From: Anaerolineae bacterium
GTDB taxonomy: Bacteria; Chloroflexota; Anaerolineae; DUEN01
Direction: 5' to 3'
DNA length: 53,141 bases
Assembly: GCA_034433615.1 (NCBI GenBank)
Contig: DAOUAJ010000135.1
Span: 1-53,141 of the forward strand
In this document: one piece after another, positions 43,243 to 51,553 of the stretch
Layout of the letters: the number at the start of each line of letters is the position of its first letter
Position numbering within the stretch: the stretch's first letter is position 1
Made by a program: the position numbers and the translations under genes
Notes under the pieces: model-generated
Told to the model about the DNA's origin: nothing
The model's input: only the letters and a program-made list of their open reading frames with translations
Databases searched by the model: none

Positions 43243-44661
43243 ATGGATGCCTATCTGGACGCTCTTGACTATATTTACGGCCCGGCGCGCAGCCGGCGTG
43301 CCGGCTACATCGCCACTCCGTATAACCTTTCCCGCATGTACCGCCTGCTGGAACGGCTGGGTAACCCTCATGAGCGCATCCGGTGTGTGCACATCGCCGG
43401 TACCAAAGGCAAAGGCTCTACAGCCGCCCTTACCGAGTCGGTGTTGCGGGCAGCCGGGTATCGCACCGGCCTCTTCACCTCCCCTCACCTTCACACATTT
43501 CGGGAGCGCATTCGCCTGAATGGTCAGCTTATCCCCACACCTGATCTGGTGGAACTACTGGCAAGATGCAAGCCGGTGCTGGAGACCGAGCCTGACAGCA
43601 CACCCTTCGAGGTCATCACGGCTTTGGCCTTTACATACTTTGCGGAGAGTCAGGTGGATTGGGCGGTTCTGGAGGTCGGCCTGGGCGGACGGCTGGATGC
43701 GACCAACGTCGTGCAACCCGCTGCCTGCGCCATCACCTCCCTGAGCTTTGATCACACCGATCTGTTAGGCCACACTCTGTCCCTGATCGCCTGGGAGAAG
43801 GCGGGCATCATTAAGCCCGGGGTGCCTGTCATCTCAGCACCTCAAGCCGACGAGGCCATGAACGTCATCCTGGACGTGTGCCGCGCCACAGGCGCCCGAC
43901 TGGAGACGGTTGGCCCCATGTCTACGCATGACCCTCCGTATACCTGGCGGTGGCTTCGTCACGAGGGCACCGATCTGGCCGGGCAGGCCCTCACGGTGTA
44001 TGGGCCGGACGGTATCTCGTATCCCAACCTGGTCATCCCTTTTCTGGGCCGGCATCAACTGGACAATGCCGGCGTGGCCGTAGCCATGCTGCACGCGTTG
44101 CAGCAGCATGAGGTGGTGATTCCAGAGATCGCGCTGGCAGCAGGGATGCGGCAGGCGCGCTGGCCCGGTCGGCTGGAAGTGCTGCGGCAGCGCCCCTGGA
44201 TCGTGGTAGACAGCGCGCACAATGCAGATTCGGCGCGAAAATTGCGTGCCGCCCTGGACGAGTGGTTTCCCCATCGGCGGCTGGGGCTGATTTTCGGCGC
44301 TTCTCAAGACAAAGACCTTCGAGGCATGCTGGAGGTCTTGCTGTCCATAGCCGACCGCAGCCTCGTTTCGGCTTCTCACCATCCGCGAGCGGCTGACCCG
44401 CTGGGCCTCGTCGCCCTGGCCCGAAGCATTGCGCCTGATGCCGCCGTTTCCGTGACGTATGAAACGGCCGATGCGCTGGATGAGATGCTGGCCTGGGCAG
44501 AGCCGGAGGACCTGATCTTGGTAACGGGCTCCATCTTTGTGGTAGCGGCGGCGCGCGCCGTTCTGGCCGCACGCGGCTGTGCGAGCTTACCGCCGGACGA
44601 TTGGGTATACGAGGCCGATCCGTCACCCGATCCTATCTACGTGCCTGCACATGGCCGCTGA
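43243..44661 (+). CDS. folC: Folylpolyglutamate synthase/dihydrofolate synthase (Mur-ligase family)
   Basis: HIAGTKGKGST P-loop, SPHL..FRERI, and LEVGLGGRLDATNV. Start set at ATG 43243. Confidence 0.85.
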   Translation: MDAYLDALDYIYGPARSRRAGYIATPYNLSRMYRLLERLGNPHERIRCVHIAGTKGKGSTAALTESVLRAAGYRTGLFTSPHLHTFRERIRLNGQLIPTPDLVELLARCKPVLETEPDSTPFEVITALAFTYFAESQVDWAVLEVGLGGRLDATNVVQPAACAITSLSFDHTDLLGHTLSLIAWEKAGIIKPGVPVISAPQADEAMNVILDVCRATGARLETVGPMSTHDPPYTWRWLRHEGTDLAGQALTVYGPDGISYPNLVIPFLGRHQLDNAGVAVAMLHALQQHEVVIPEIALAAGMRQARWPGRLEVLRQRPWIVVDSAHNADSARKLRAALDEWFPHRRLGLIFGASQDKDLRGMLEVLLSIADRSLVSASHHPRAADPLGLVALARSIAPDAAVSVTYETADALDEMLAWAEPEDLILVTGSIFVVAAARAVLAARGCASLPPDDWVYEADPSPDPIYVPAHGR

Positions 44662-44740
44662 AGGCGCGCCAATTATTCAATTCCGCCCGAATATGGTATG
44701 ATTTAGTAAGCTGTTTGTGTCGGGAGGGAAATAGAGAAAC

Positions 44741-47254
44741 ATGAGATCAAACATGCTACTGGACCTTTCTGGAGAGATGGCTTTTTTGGGGCCTCTGGTG
44801 GGGCCTTTAGAGGATAATTTCGAGGAGAGGATCGAAAAGGAGGAGGAACAGGAGTACATCGTCGTACCACTGGGGAGCACGGTCGTCTTTCCGCACATGA
44901 TGGCACCGCTGTTCATCGGTCGTAACCGATCTGTGCGCGCCGTGGAAGCTGCCATGGCGACGGACTCACCCATCCTGGTTGTTGCACAACGCAACAGCGA
45001 CAAGGAAGATCCGGAGCCCGATGACCTGTACACAGTGGGAACCGAGGTGATCATTGGCCGGACGCTGCGCATGCCGGACGGAAGCACCAGCCTCCTCAGT
45101 CAGGGACGACAACGCGTTCAGATTATTGAATTTACTCAAAGGGACCCCTTCTTGCGGGCGCGCGGGATTCCCGTTTGGGAGGAGGAGCACGATGGGCTGC
45201 CGACTGAGGCTCTGATGCGCGCGGTCCTGGCCCTCTTTGAAAAATGTGTCCAACTCAGCCCCAATTTGCCTGAAGAAGCCTATGTGGCGGCCATGAACGT
45301 GGACGAGCCAGGGTGGCTGGCCGACCTGATCGCTTCCGTGCTCGATATGCCGGTGGAAGAGAAGCAGGAACTGTTGGAGACCTTCGATACGACGGCTCGC
45401 CTGCAACGGCTCAGCATCCTGCTAGGCCGGGAATTAGACGTGCTGGAGCTGGAGAACCGCATCCAGCAACAAGTCCAGGAGGAGATGGATCGCTCGCAGC
45501 GGGAGTATTTCCTGCGCGAACAGATGCGAGTGATCCAAAGCGAATTGGGCGAGGCTGACGAGCAGACTCGCGACATCAACGAGCTACGGGAAAAGCTGGA
45601 GGCTGCAGGGCTACCTGAGGAGGCGTTCAAAAAAGCAGAGAAAGAGCTTGAACGCCTGGCGAGCATGCCACCGGCCGCTCCTGAAGTCGCGATTATCCGT
45701 ACCTATCTCGATTGGCTGATTGAATTGCCCTGGAAGAACGCCACCGAGGACAACATGGACATCAGCCACGCGGCGAAGGTGCTGGACGAGCACCACTACG
45801 GCCTCTCCAAGGCGAAAGAGCGCATCCTGGAGTACATGGCTGTGCGGAAGCTGGCTCCCGAGAAGATGCGCCAGCCGATCCTGTGCTTCGTCGGCCCGCC
45901 GGGGACCGGCAAGACGTCTATGGGCCGCTCTATCGCACAGGCGTTGGGGCGCAAGTTTGTGCGGGTGTCACTGGGCGGCATACGCGATGAGGCAGAGATT
46001 CGAGGGCACCGGCGCACCTACATTGGCGCTATGCCCGGCCGCATCATCCAGACCATGCGCACGGCCGGGACCATTAATCCACTCTTCATGCTGGACGAGA
46101 TTGACAAAGTCGGCCTGGACTTTCGCGGCGACCCGGCGGCCGCGTTGTTGGAGGTGCTGGATCCAGAGCAGAACAGCGGGTTTAGCGATCACTACCTGGA
46201 CGTGCCGTACGACCTCTCAAAGGTGATGTTCATCACCACGGCGAACATGCTGGACACCGTTCCGCCGGCGCTGCGGGATCGCATGGAGGTGATTTATTTC
46301 CCCGGCTACATCGAGGAGGAAAAGCTCGCCATCGCCCGTCGCTTCCTGGTCCCCCGGCAAATCGAGGAGAACGGGTTGACACAACACGGCCTGACTTTCT
46401 CCGAACGGGCTTTGCGGACGATCATCCGCGAGTACACCTACGAAGCCGGGGTGCGGAACCTGGAGCGCTCCATTGCCCAGATTTGCCGGAAGGTGGCGCG
46501 CCGCGTGGCCGAAGGTAAACAGGCGCCTCACCACATCACCCCCGGCTCTCTGAACAAGTACCTGGGGCCACCTGAGTTCACCTTCGGTGTGGCTGAAGAG
46601 CGGGACGAGATCGGTGTGGCGACGGGCATCGCGGTCACCGAAGCGGGGGGCGACCTGATGTCTATTGAGGTCACGCTGATGGAGGGGAAGGGGAACCTCA
46701 TGCTGACAGGCCAACTGGGAGAGGTCATGCAAGAGTCGGCCCAGGCGGCGCTCTCCTACGCGCGCTCCCACGCGGCAGAGCTGGGACTGAAACAGGTGGA
46801 TTTCGACAAACTCGACATCCACATTCACGTGCCGGAGGGGGCTACGCCCAAGGATGGTCCCAGCGCGGGGATCACCATGGCGACCGCATTGATCTCGGCC
46901 CTCAGTCGGCGCCCGGTCCATCGAGAGGTAGGGATGACCGGTGAGATTACGTTGCGCGGGCGCGTTCTACCCATCGGTGGCCTCAAGGAGAAGGTGCTGG
47001 CGGCTCATCGGGCTGGCCTCAAGACGGTCGTGATCCCCAAGAAGAACCAGAAGGATCTGGTGGAGATCCCCAGCCGGGTGAAGCGAGATCTCAATCTGGT
47101 CATGGTGGAGCACATGGACGAAGTTTTGCCTATCGTCCTCACTGAGCCACGCGAATCCAGGCCTAAACCACCGGCGCGACGGCGCCGCGTGTCTGTGGCG
47201 AAGCCAGCCGCGACCTCGGCGACAGTACCGGCTGTAGCCGTGCCAGAAGGATGA
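44741..47254 (+). CDS. lon: ATP-dependent Lon protease (LonA)
   Basis: N-terminal LON domain, Walker [10 protein letters not shown], and the protease-domain active-site motif PKDGPSAG. 837 aa. Confidence 0.95.
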   Translation: MRSNMLLDLSGEMAFLGPLVGPLEDNFEERIEKEEEQEYIVVPLGSTVVFPHMMAPLFIGRNRSVRAVEAAMATDSPILVVAQRNSDKEDPEPDDLYTVGTEVIIGRTLRMPDGSTSLLSQGRQRVQIIEFTQRDPFLRARGIPVWEEEHDGLPTEALMRAVLALFEKCVQLSPNLPEEAYVAAMNVDEPGWLADLIASVLDMPVEEKQELLETFDTTARLQRLSILLGRELDVLELENRIQQQVQEEMDRSQREYFLREQMRVIQSELGEADEQTRDINELREKLEAAGLPEEAFKKAEKELERLASMPPAAPEVAIIRTYLDWLIELPWKNATEDNMDISHAAKVLDEHHYGLSKAKERILEYMAVRKLAPEKMRQPILCFVGPPGTGKTSMGRSIAQALGRKFVRVSLGGIRDEAEIRGHRRTYIGAMPGRIIQTMRTAGTINPLFMLDEIDKVGLDFRGDPAAALLEVLDPEQNSGFSDHYLDVPYDLSKVMFITTANMLDTVPPALRDRMEVIYFPGYIEEEKLAIARRFLVPRQIEENGLTQHGLTFSERALRTIIREYTYEAGVRNLERSIAQICRKVARRVAEGKQAPHHITPGSLNKYLGPPEFTFGVAEERDEIGVATGIAVTEAGGDLMSIEVTLMEGKGNLMLTGQLGEVMQESAQAALSYARSHAAELGLKQVDFDKLDIHIHVPEGATPKDGPSAGITMATALISALSRRPVHREVGMTGEITLRGRVLPIGGLKEKVLAAHRAGLKTVVIPKKNQKDLVEIPSRVKRDLNLVMVEHMDEVLPIVLTEPRESRPKPPARRRRVSVAKPAATSATVPAVAVPEG

Positions 47255-47312
47255 AATCAGGGAGCGTATGATAACACCCCCGGCGGAAGTGACCGGCACT
47301 TTGATCGCCGAA

Positions 47313-47351
47313 GGTCTCCCGACCGAGGCGAAAGGGTTTGGTCGGGAGACC
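47313..47351 (+). terminator. Perfect 12-bp hairpin downstream of lon (no U-tract)
   Basis: GGTCTCCCGACC (47313-47324) pairs with GGTCGGGAGACC (47340-47351), with a 15-nt loop. Confidence 0.45.
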
Positions 47352-47365
47352 TCGCCCATCGCAGG

Positions 47366-47481
47366 CTACTGATGGCTGACCGCTGATCGCTGACTGCTAT
47401 TTTCAGGGCAGCTACCCAGCCGGGCCGCCGCCCGGCGTTCCAATGGACGAAAATGCCCGGTGCGGTTATTCTCAAAGTAGG
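47366..47481 (+). repeat. Heptamer array (5x NNGCTGA, 47366-47400) fused to 83-nt repeat copy 1 (47399-47481)
   Basis: CTACTGA TGGCTGA CCGCTGA TCGCTGA CTGCTAT, then ATTTTCAGGGCAGCTACCC...GGTTATTCTCAAAGTAG. 77 of 83 positions are identical to 50299-50381. Confidence 0.8.
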
Positions 47482-47536
47482 GTGAATATAGCTTTGTCTA
47501 CAAAAAGGTGCCCTGTGGGGGCACGATAACCCAGAG

Positions 47537-48610
47537 ATGAAACACCTTTTCCCCTTCTGTCGCTCGGTTTTGCTCCTCTTGCTGATCGTTCCCCTCTTCG
47601 TCATGAGCTGCAGTAGCCTGCTACCTGAGCGCGGCACCACGCTCCCTATCCGCCTGAAGGACATCTTGCCCGCCGACTGGCAACCAGTAGGGGAGCCGAT
47701 CACCGTCAACGTAGATGGCGATGATCCTCCCGAATGGCTGCTCTTCTTCCGCTACGACGAAGGCCCCATCGGCGCGGTGATCTACGACGCCCAGAGCAAT
47801 GCCTCACCCGACAGCATCTCGGAGAGGTTGCCCCTCCAGCCGACAGCCTTCCTGGTCCCTTACGTGCTGTTGCCCAATACGGAGAAGGACCGCGGCCTGG
47901 GTTACATCGGCGATGATCGGGCTGAGTCCAGGGAGGTAGACGGTGACCTGGATGGGCGGGCCGAGACCCTTCTGCTGCGAGGCTATTGGAATGGAGTGGT
48001 CACCAGGCTGACCATGGCCTGGTGGATTAGCCCGGCTGAGGGGTATGGGATTGCGCACGTGGTGGGTGACGGGGGGATCGAGTTCGAGGATGAGGAGTTT
48101 TGGCAGAAGGAGGATCAGCGGCTGAAGGCGGTGATCACGCGGCATCGCCAGAACGATCGCAACAACCTCTGTCTGGCAAAACGTTACCGTGTAGATTTCA
48201 AGAGTCATGCATTCGTCTGGGAATACTCCTGGTTAACCTTTTGCGGTAAGGTGCCGTCAGATCCCATTTACCCAGAGGGGACGGTGCTCAGTTTCCTGCT
48301 TCAGCAAAAGAACCCGCCTGACCAGGATGGCAAGACCATCTTTGATCGGTTAATGACAGAGGCTGGACGGGCGGCGTGGCGGCAGATTTTCGGGGAGAAA
48401 GCCTTCCAGCAACGTTCGGTCATAAGGGTGCTCCTGGTTGAAAATCCTGGGCCGTTAGCCGATAAGATGACGGTGCGCACCGATCATCGCGACGATTTTG
48501 GACGGCACCGTCTGACCTGGGAACTGGTACGTCAACGGCCTACCCAAATCACGGAGACGGTGACCTGGCGGATCAACGGCGTGTGGCTTACGCCTGGCGA
48601 GGAGCAGTGA
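47537..48610 (+). CDS. Putative lipoprotein, function unknown
   Basis: Signal peptide with lipobox-like LFVMSC. 357 aa, no recognised domain. Confidence 0.6.
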   Translation: MKHLFPFCRSVLLLLLIVPLFVMSCSSLLPERGTTLPIRLKDILPADWQPVGEPITVNVDGDDPPEWLLFFRYDEGPIGAVIYDAQSNASPDSISERLPLQPTAFLVPYVLLPNTEKDRGLGYIGDDRAESREVDGDLDGRAETLLLRGYWNGVVTRLTMAWWISPAEGYGIAHVVGDGGIEFEDEEFWQKEDQRLKAVITRHRQNDRNNLCLAKRYRVDFKSHAFVWEYSWLTFCGKVPSDPIYPEGTVLSFLLQQKNPPDQDGKTIFDRLMTEAGRAAWRQIFGEKAFQQRSVIRVLLVENPGPLADKMTVRTDHRDDFGRHRLTWELVRQRPTQITETVTWRINGVWLTPGEEQ

Positions 48611-50055
48611 TAGTGCAGCGAGGAGTTGCCGTGCAGGGGCAAGTGACCGTGGAAGAGGTGCGCGCCTGGCTGGCCCAGGGCCAGGGGGAGACCATCGCGT
48701 TTGCTCCGATCAGCAGTTCACCCCGCAAGCTGGCGGAGACGCTGGTCGCCCTGGCCAATGCTCACGGCGGCGTCCTCCTCATCGGCGTGGGCGGGCGTGG
48801 CCTGGCGACTACAGGCAGCGCGCCCGAGAGAGCCCGCCGCTTCGCCGATGTGCGGGAGCGCGCCCTGGCCGCCACCTTGCTGCCCGATCCTCCCTTGATC
48901 GTTCCCTGGCCCGCTGTGGTCACCGTGGATGGCGAGCCAGTGTGTGTCGTCACAGTGCCAGCGGGCCTCCCCCACGTTTACAGCCTGAGGGGGCAGTTTT
49001 TGACGCGCACGGGCGCCCACAACCGGCCGCTGACGGCTCCTGAGCTGCGCCGTCTGCTCCTGGACCGCGGTGAGGCGGGGTTCGAGGCGCTGCCTGCCCC
49101 TGACGCCACCCTGGACGATCTGGACATGGAGGCTGTGGCCCGCTACATGGGGCCTGAAGGCAAGCAGCAGGAGGGCTTCACTTCCGATGATCTCAACATG
49201 GCTCTGCTCACGCGCGGCTGCCTGATGCGCCAGGGGGACGGCGCACTGGTGCCCACCTATGCCGGCATCCTTCTCTTCGGCCGCAGGCCTGAACAGTTTG
49301 TGCATTCCGCGGAGATCATCGCCGTGCGGTACGCCGGCCCGGACATGGGGGACGAGTTCGTGCGCGAGGATATCCGTGGCCCCCTCAGCGAGCAGATCCG
49401 TCGAGCGGAGGCATTTGTGGCCGCCAACATGCGCCGGGGCATGCGCATCGCCGGGCTGGCGCGCGAGGAACGCACGGAGTACCCGTTGCCCGTGGTGCGT
49501 GAGGCCATCGTCAACGCGGTGGCCCATCGCGACTATAGCATTCGCGGCGATAGCATTCGCGTCCTCATGTTCAGTGACCGCATGGAGGTCTACTCACCGG
49601 GCCGCTTGCCCGGCCACGTCACACTGGACAACCTGGTGAGCGAGCGCTTCTCTCGCAACGAGGCCATCGTGCAGGTCCTCTCCGACCTGGGGTTCATCGA
49701 GCGGCTGGGGTACGGGATTGATCGCATGATCCGAACCATGGAGCAGGAGGGGCTGCCGGCGCCGCGCTTCGAGGAGACGGCAGCCGGTTTTCGGGTGACG
49801 CTGATCGGGCACGGCAGTCAGTTGATCAGTCCGGCCCCGGAGACTCAGCGCTGGGGTAACGTCTTGTTGAACTCGCGCCAGGAGAAAGCGTTGGCGTATC
49901 TGAGCGAGCATGGCCGCATCACCAACTCAGAGATGCGGGCGCTCTTCCCCGAGGTTTCCGACGAGACCATCCGCCGCGATCTCTCTGATCTGGTGGACAA
50001 AGGGCTGCTCCTCAAGATCGGCGAAAAACGCGCGACGTATTACATTATCAAATGA
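48583..50055 (+). CDS. AlbA_2 (Schlafen-like) plus HATPase_c_4-like plus C-terminal wHTH putative DNA-binding ATPase/regulator
   Basis: ETIAF...[20 protein letters not shown] (AlbA_2-like), [38 protein letters not shown] (ATPase-like) and a DeoR-like HTH ([31 protein letters not shown]). It overlaps or abuts the upstream gene. Starts at GTG 48613 or 48631 have better SD spacing. Confidence 0.8.
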   Translation: MAYAWRGAVIVQRGVAVQGQVTVEEVRAWLAQGQGETIAFAPISSSPRKLAETLVALANAHGGVLLIGVGGRGLATTGSAPERARRFADVRERALAATLLPDPPLIVPWPAVVTVDGEPVCVVTVPAGLPHVYSLRGQFLTRTGAHNRPLTAPELRRLLLDRGEAGFEALPAPDATLDDLDMEAVARYMGPEGKQQEGFTSDDLNMALLTRGCLMRQGDGALVPTYAGILLFGRRPEQFVHSAEIIAVRYAGPDMGDEFVREDIRGPLSEQIRRAEAFVAANMRRGMRIAGLAREERTEYPLPVVREAIVNAVAHRDYSIRGDSIRVLMFSDRMEVYSPGRLPGHVTLDNLVSERFSRNEAIVQVLSDLGFIERLGYGIDRMIRTMEQEGLPAPRFEETAAGFRVTLIGHGSQLISPAPETQRWGNVLLNSRQEKALAYLSEHGRITNSEMRALFPEVSDETIRRDLSDLVDKGLLLKIGEKRATYYIIK

Positions 50056-50106
50056 GACAGCCCCTGGCAGACCCTAAGGGTCTGTCATGAAGGAATAGCA
50101 TAAGCG

Positions 50107-50143
50107 AAGAAAGGGGGATGCAAAGGAATTGCGCCCCTTTCTT
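50107..50143 (+). terminator. Intrinsic terminator-like hairpin
   Basis: AAGAAAGGGG (50107-50116) pairs with CCCCTTTCTT (50134-50143), with a 17-nt loop. A further 9-bp hairpin lies at 50066-50086. Confidence 0.5.
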
Positions 50144-50298
50144 ATGCCCGTGGAGCGCTCGCTGGCGACTGACGGCCGTCAGGCTACGGGGAACCGCTCA
50201 TGCCGCCAGCGGTGCCAGCGGGGGATGAAAATGCCCCCCCTAACCCCTCAAGCCTAGGGGGAACTGGACTCCCCCCAAAGTTGGGAGGCTGGGGGGGG

Positions 50299-50381
50299 AT
50301 TTTCAGGACAGCTACCCGGCCGGGCCACCGCCCGGCGTTCCGATGGACGAAAATGCCCGGTGCGGTTATTTTCAAAGCAGG
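50299..50381 (+). repeat. 83-nt repeat copy 2
   Basis: Aligns without gaps to 47399-47481 at an offset of exactly 2,900 nt, with 6 mismatches (at copy-1 positions 47408, 47418, 47427, 47442, 47471 and 47478). Confidence 0.85.
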
Positions 50382-50556
50382 ACAGACCATAATTGTAAAG
50401 GTTTTGACAGGTACACCTCTAGCCAGCAAGACTACTCTGTGATAGAATTAAACGAGCAAGCGAAGTTCCAGTGCTGGCTCGCGCGTTCGCGATCCAGCAC
50501 ACGGACTGCGCGACCAAAGGTTGAACCGCTGTTTAGGGTGTCAATGGAGATTGGCG

Positions 50557-51432
50557 ATGGCGGTTTCACATCGCGAATCATTCGCGTGGAAAGGGTTGTT
50601 GGCCTGGTTTCTGTCGGTGGTCCTGGCGGCCACCCTTACGGGTACAGGGTCACTGATCCGGCCGCTGGCTGCAGCCCCGGCTGTTGCTCAGCTCTCCATT
50701 GAACCTGTCCCGGTCATGTTGCCCCAGAACGGTTCTGCGGTCTTCGCGGTGCAGATTCGCGAAGTACAAAACCTCTACGGAGTTCAATTAGACTTGCGTT
50801 TTGATCCCGCGATCATGCAGGTCGTGCGCATCGAGCCCGGCACCTTTTTGAGCCCCGACTTCGTCATCGTCCAGCAGATTGACAACAGAGTCGGCGTGGC
50901 AAAGTTGGCCTATACTCAACTCGCGCCTGCTCCCCCCAAGAGCGGGACGGGGGACATAACCCTGATCACCGCCCAGGCGACAGATTGCTTGGGGACCACA
51001 CCACTGCGCCTGGAGAACGTGGTCCTGACGGATCCAGATGGACACGCGGTGAGCCATTCTTTGACAGAGGGTGTCGCCCATAGTGGGCAGAGTCCAGAGA
51101 TAAGCTCCATGACGGGCATTATCTGGTGGGATCAGAACGGTAACGGCATCCAGGAGCTCGACGAACGTCCGCTGGCGGCATGGCCAGTCTATCTCCAACG
51201 CTTCTCGTTGGAATTTGTGGGGCCTATCTACACAACCTATACGGATACAGATGGTGCCTACCTTTTCGACACCCTGGCCTGCGGCCGTTATGGATTGTGG
51301 AGCAGAGACGGTCGGGGAGAGACGGCAGTTCATGTGGTGCGGATTGGGGAAGCGAGCGGCACTGTCAGCGTGGACATCGGGGTGGTCTCTCCGACCAGGT
51401 TCCAGCTTTACCTGCCGACGATCGTTCGTTGA
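50557..51432 (+). CDS. Secreted cohesin-like plus SdrD-B-like domain protein
   Basis: Start at ATG 50557 (SD GGAGA), then a TM/signal segment. Cohesin-like FAVQIREVQNLYGVQLDLRFDPAIMQVVRIEPGTFL and SdrD-B-like IIWWDQNGNGIQELDE...TDTDGAYLFDTLACGRYGL. It ends ...QLYLPTIVR. Confidence 0.7.
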   Translation: MAVSHRESFAWKGLLAWFLSVVLAATLTGTGSLIRPLAAAPAVAQLSIEPVPVMLPQNGSAVFAVQIREVQNLYGVQLDLRFDPAIMQVVRIEPGTFLSPDFVIVQQIDNRVGVAKLAYTQLAPAPPKSGTGDITLITAQATDCLGTTPLRLENVVLTDPDGHAVSHSLTEGVAHSGQSPEISSMTGIIWWDQNGNGIQELDERPLAAWPVYLQRFSLEFVGPIYTTYTDTDGAYLFDTLACGRYGLWSRDGRGETAVHVVRIGEASGTVSVDIGVVSPTRFQLYLPTIVR

Positions 51433-51553
51433 GCCTGGCTCGCCGATAGGCGTGAAACGTGTTGCGTATCCCGTATTGAGTCAGGTGCGTGGACGGAACA
51501 CGGAGTACGCACTACGGAGCATAGAACACCCCTTTTCTCCCGGGAGTTGAAAC

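Noticed and set aside
44662-44740. Heat-shock (CIRCE) operator upstream of lon.
   Set aside because: No TTAGCACTC-N9-GAGTGCTAA-like inverted repeat is present. There is only an extended -10-like TGGTATGAT with a weak -35.
47399-47481. 83-nt repeats as integron attC sites flanking a gene cassette.
   Set aside because: No RYYYAAC / GTTRRRY core sites (GTTATTC/GTTATTT do not fit), no intI gene, and the cassette has its own terminators. The bulged T in helix B alone is not diagnostic.
47399-47481. 83-nt repeat as a conserved peptide-coding unit (plus frame FQGSYPAGPPPGVPMDENARCGY.QSR; 4 of 6 inter-copy substitutions are synonymous in that frame).
   Set aside because: Three of the synonymous changes lie upstream of the only ATG. 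The frame is closed by a TGA just upstream in copy 1, and the downstream sequences diverge completely. By my rough estimate, 4 of 6 synonymous is only marginally unusual (about 5% by chance). The minus-strand frame shows mostly non-synonymous changes.
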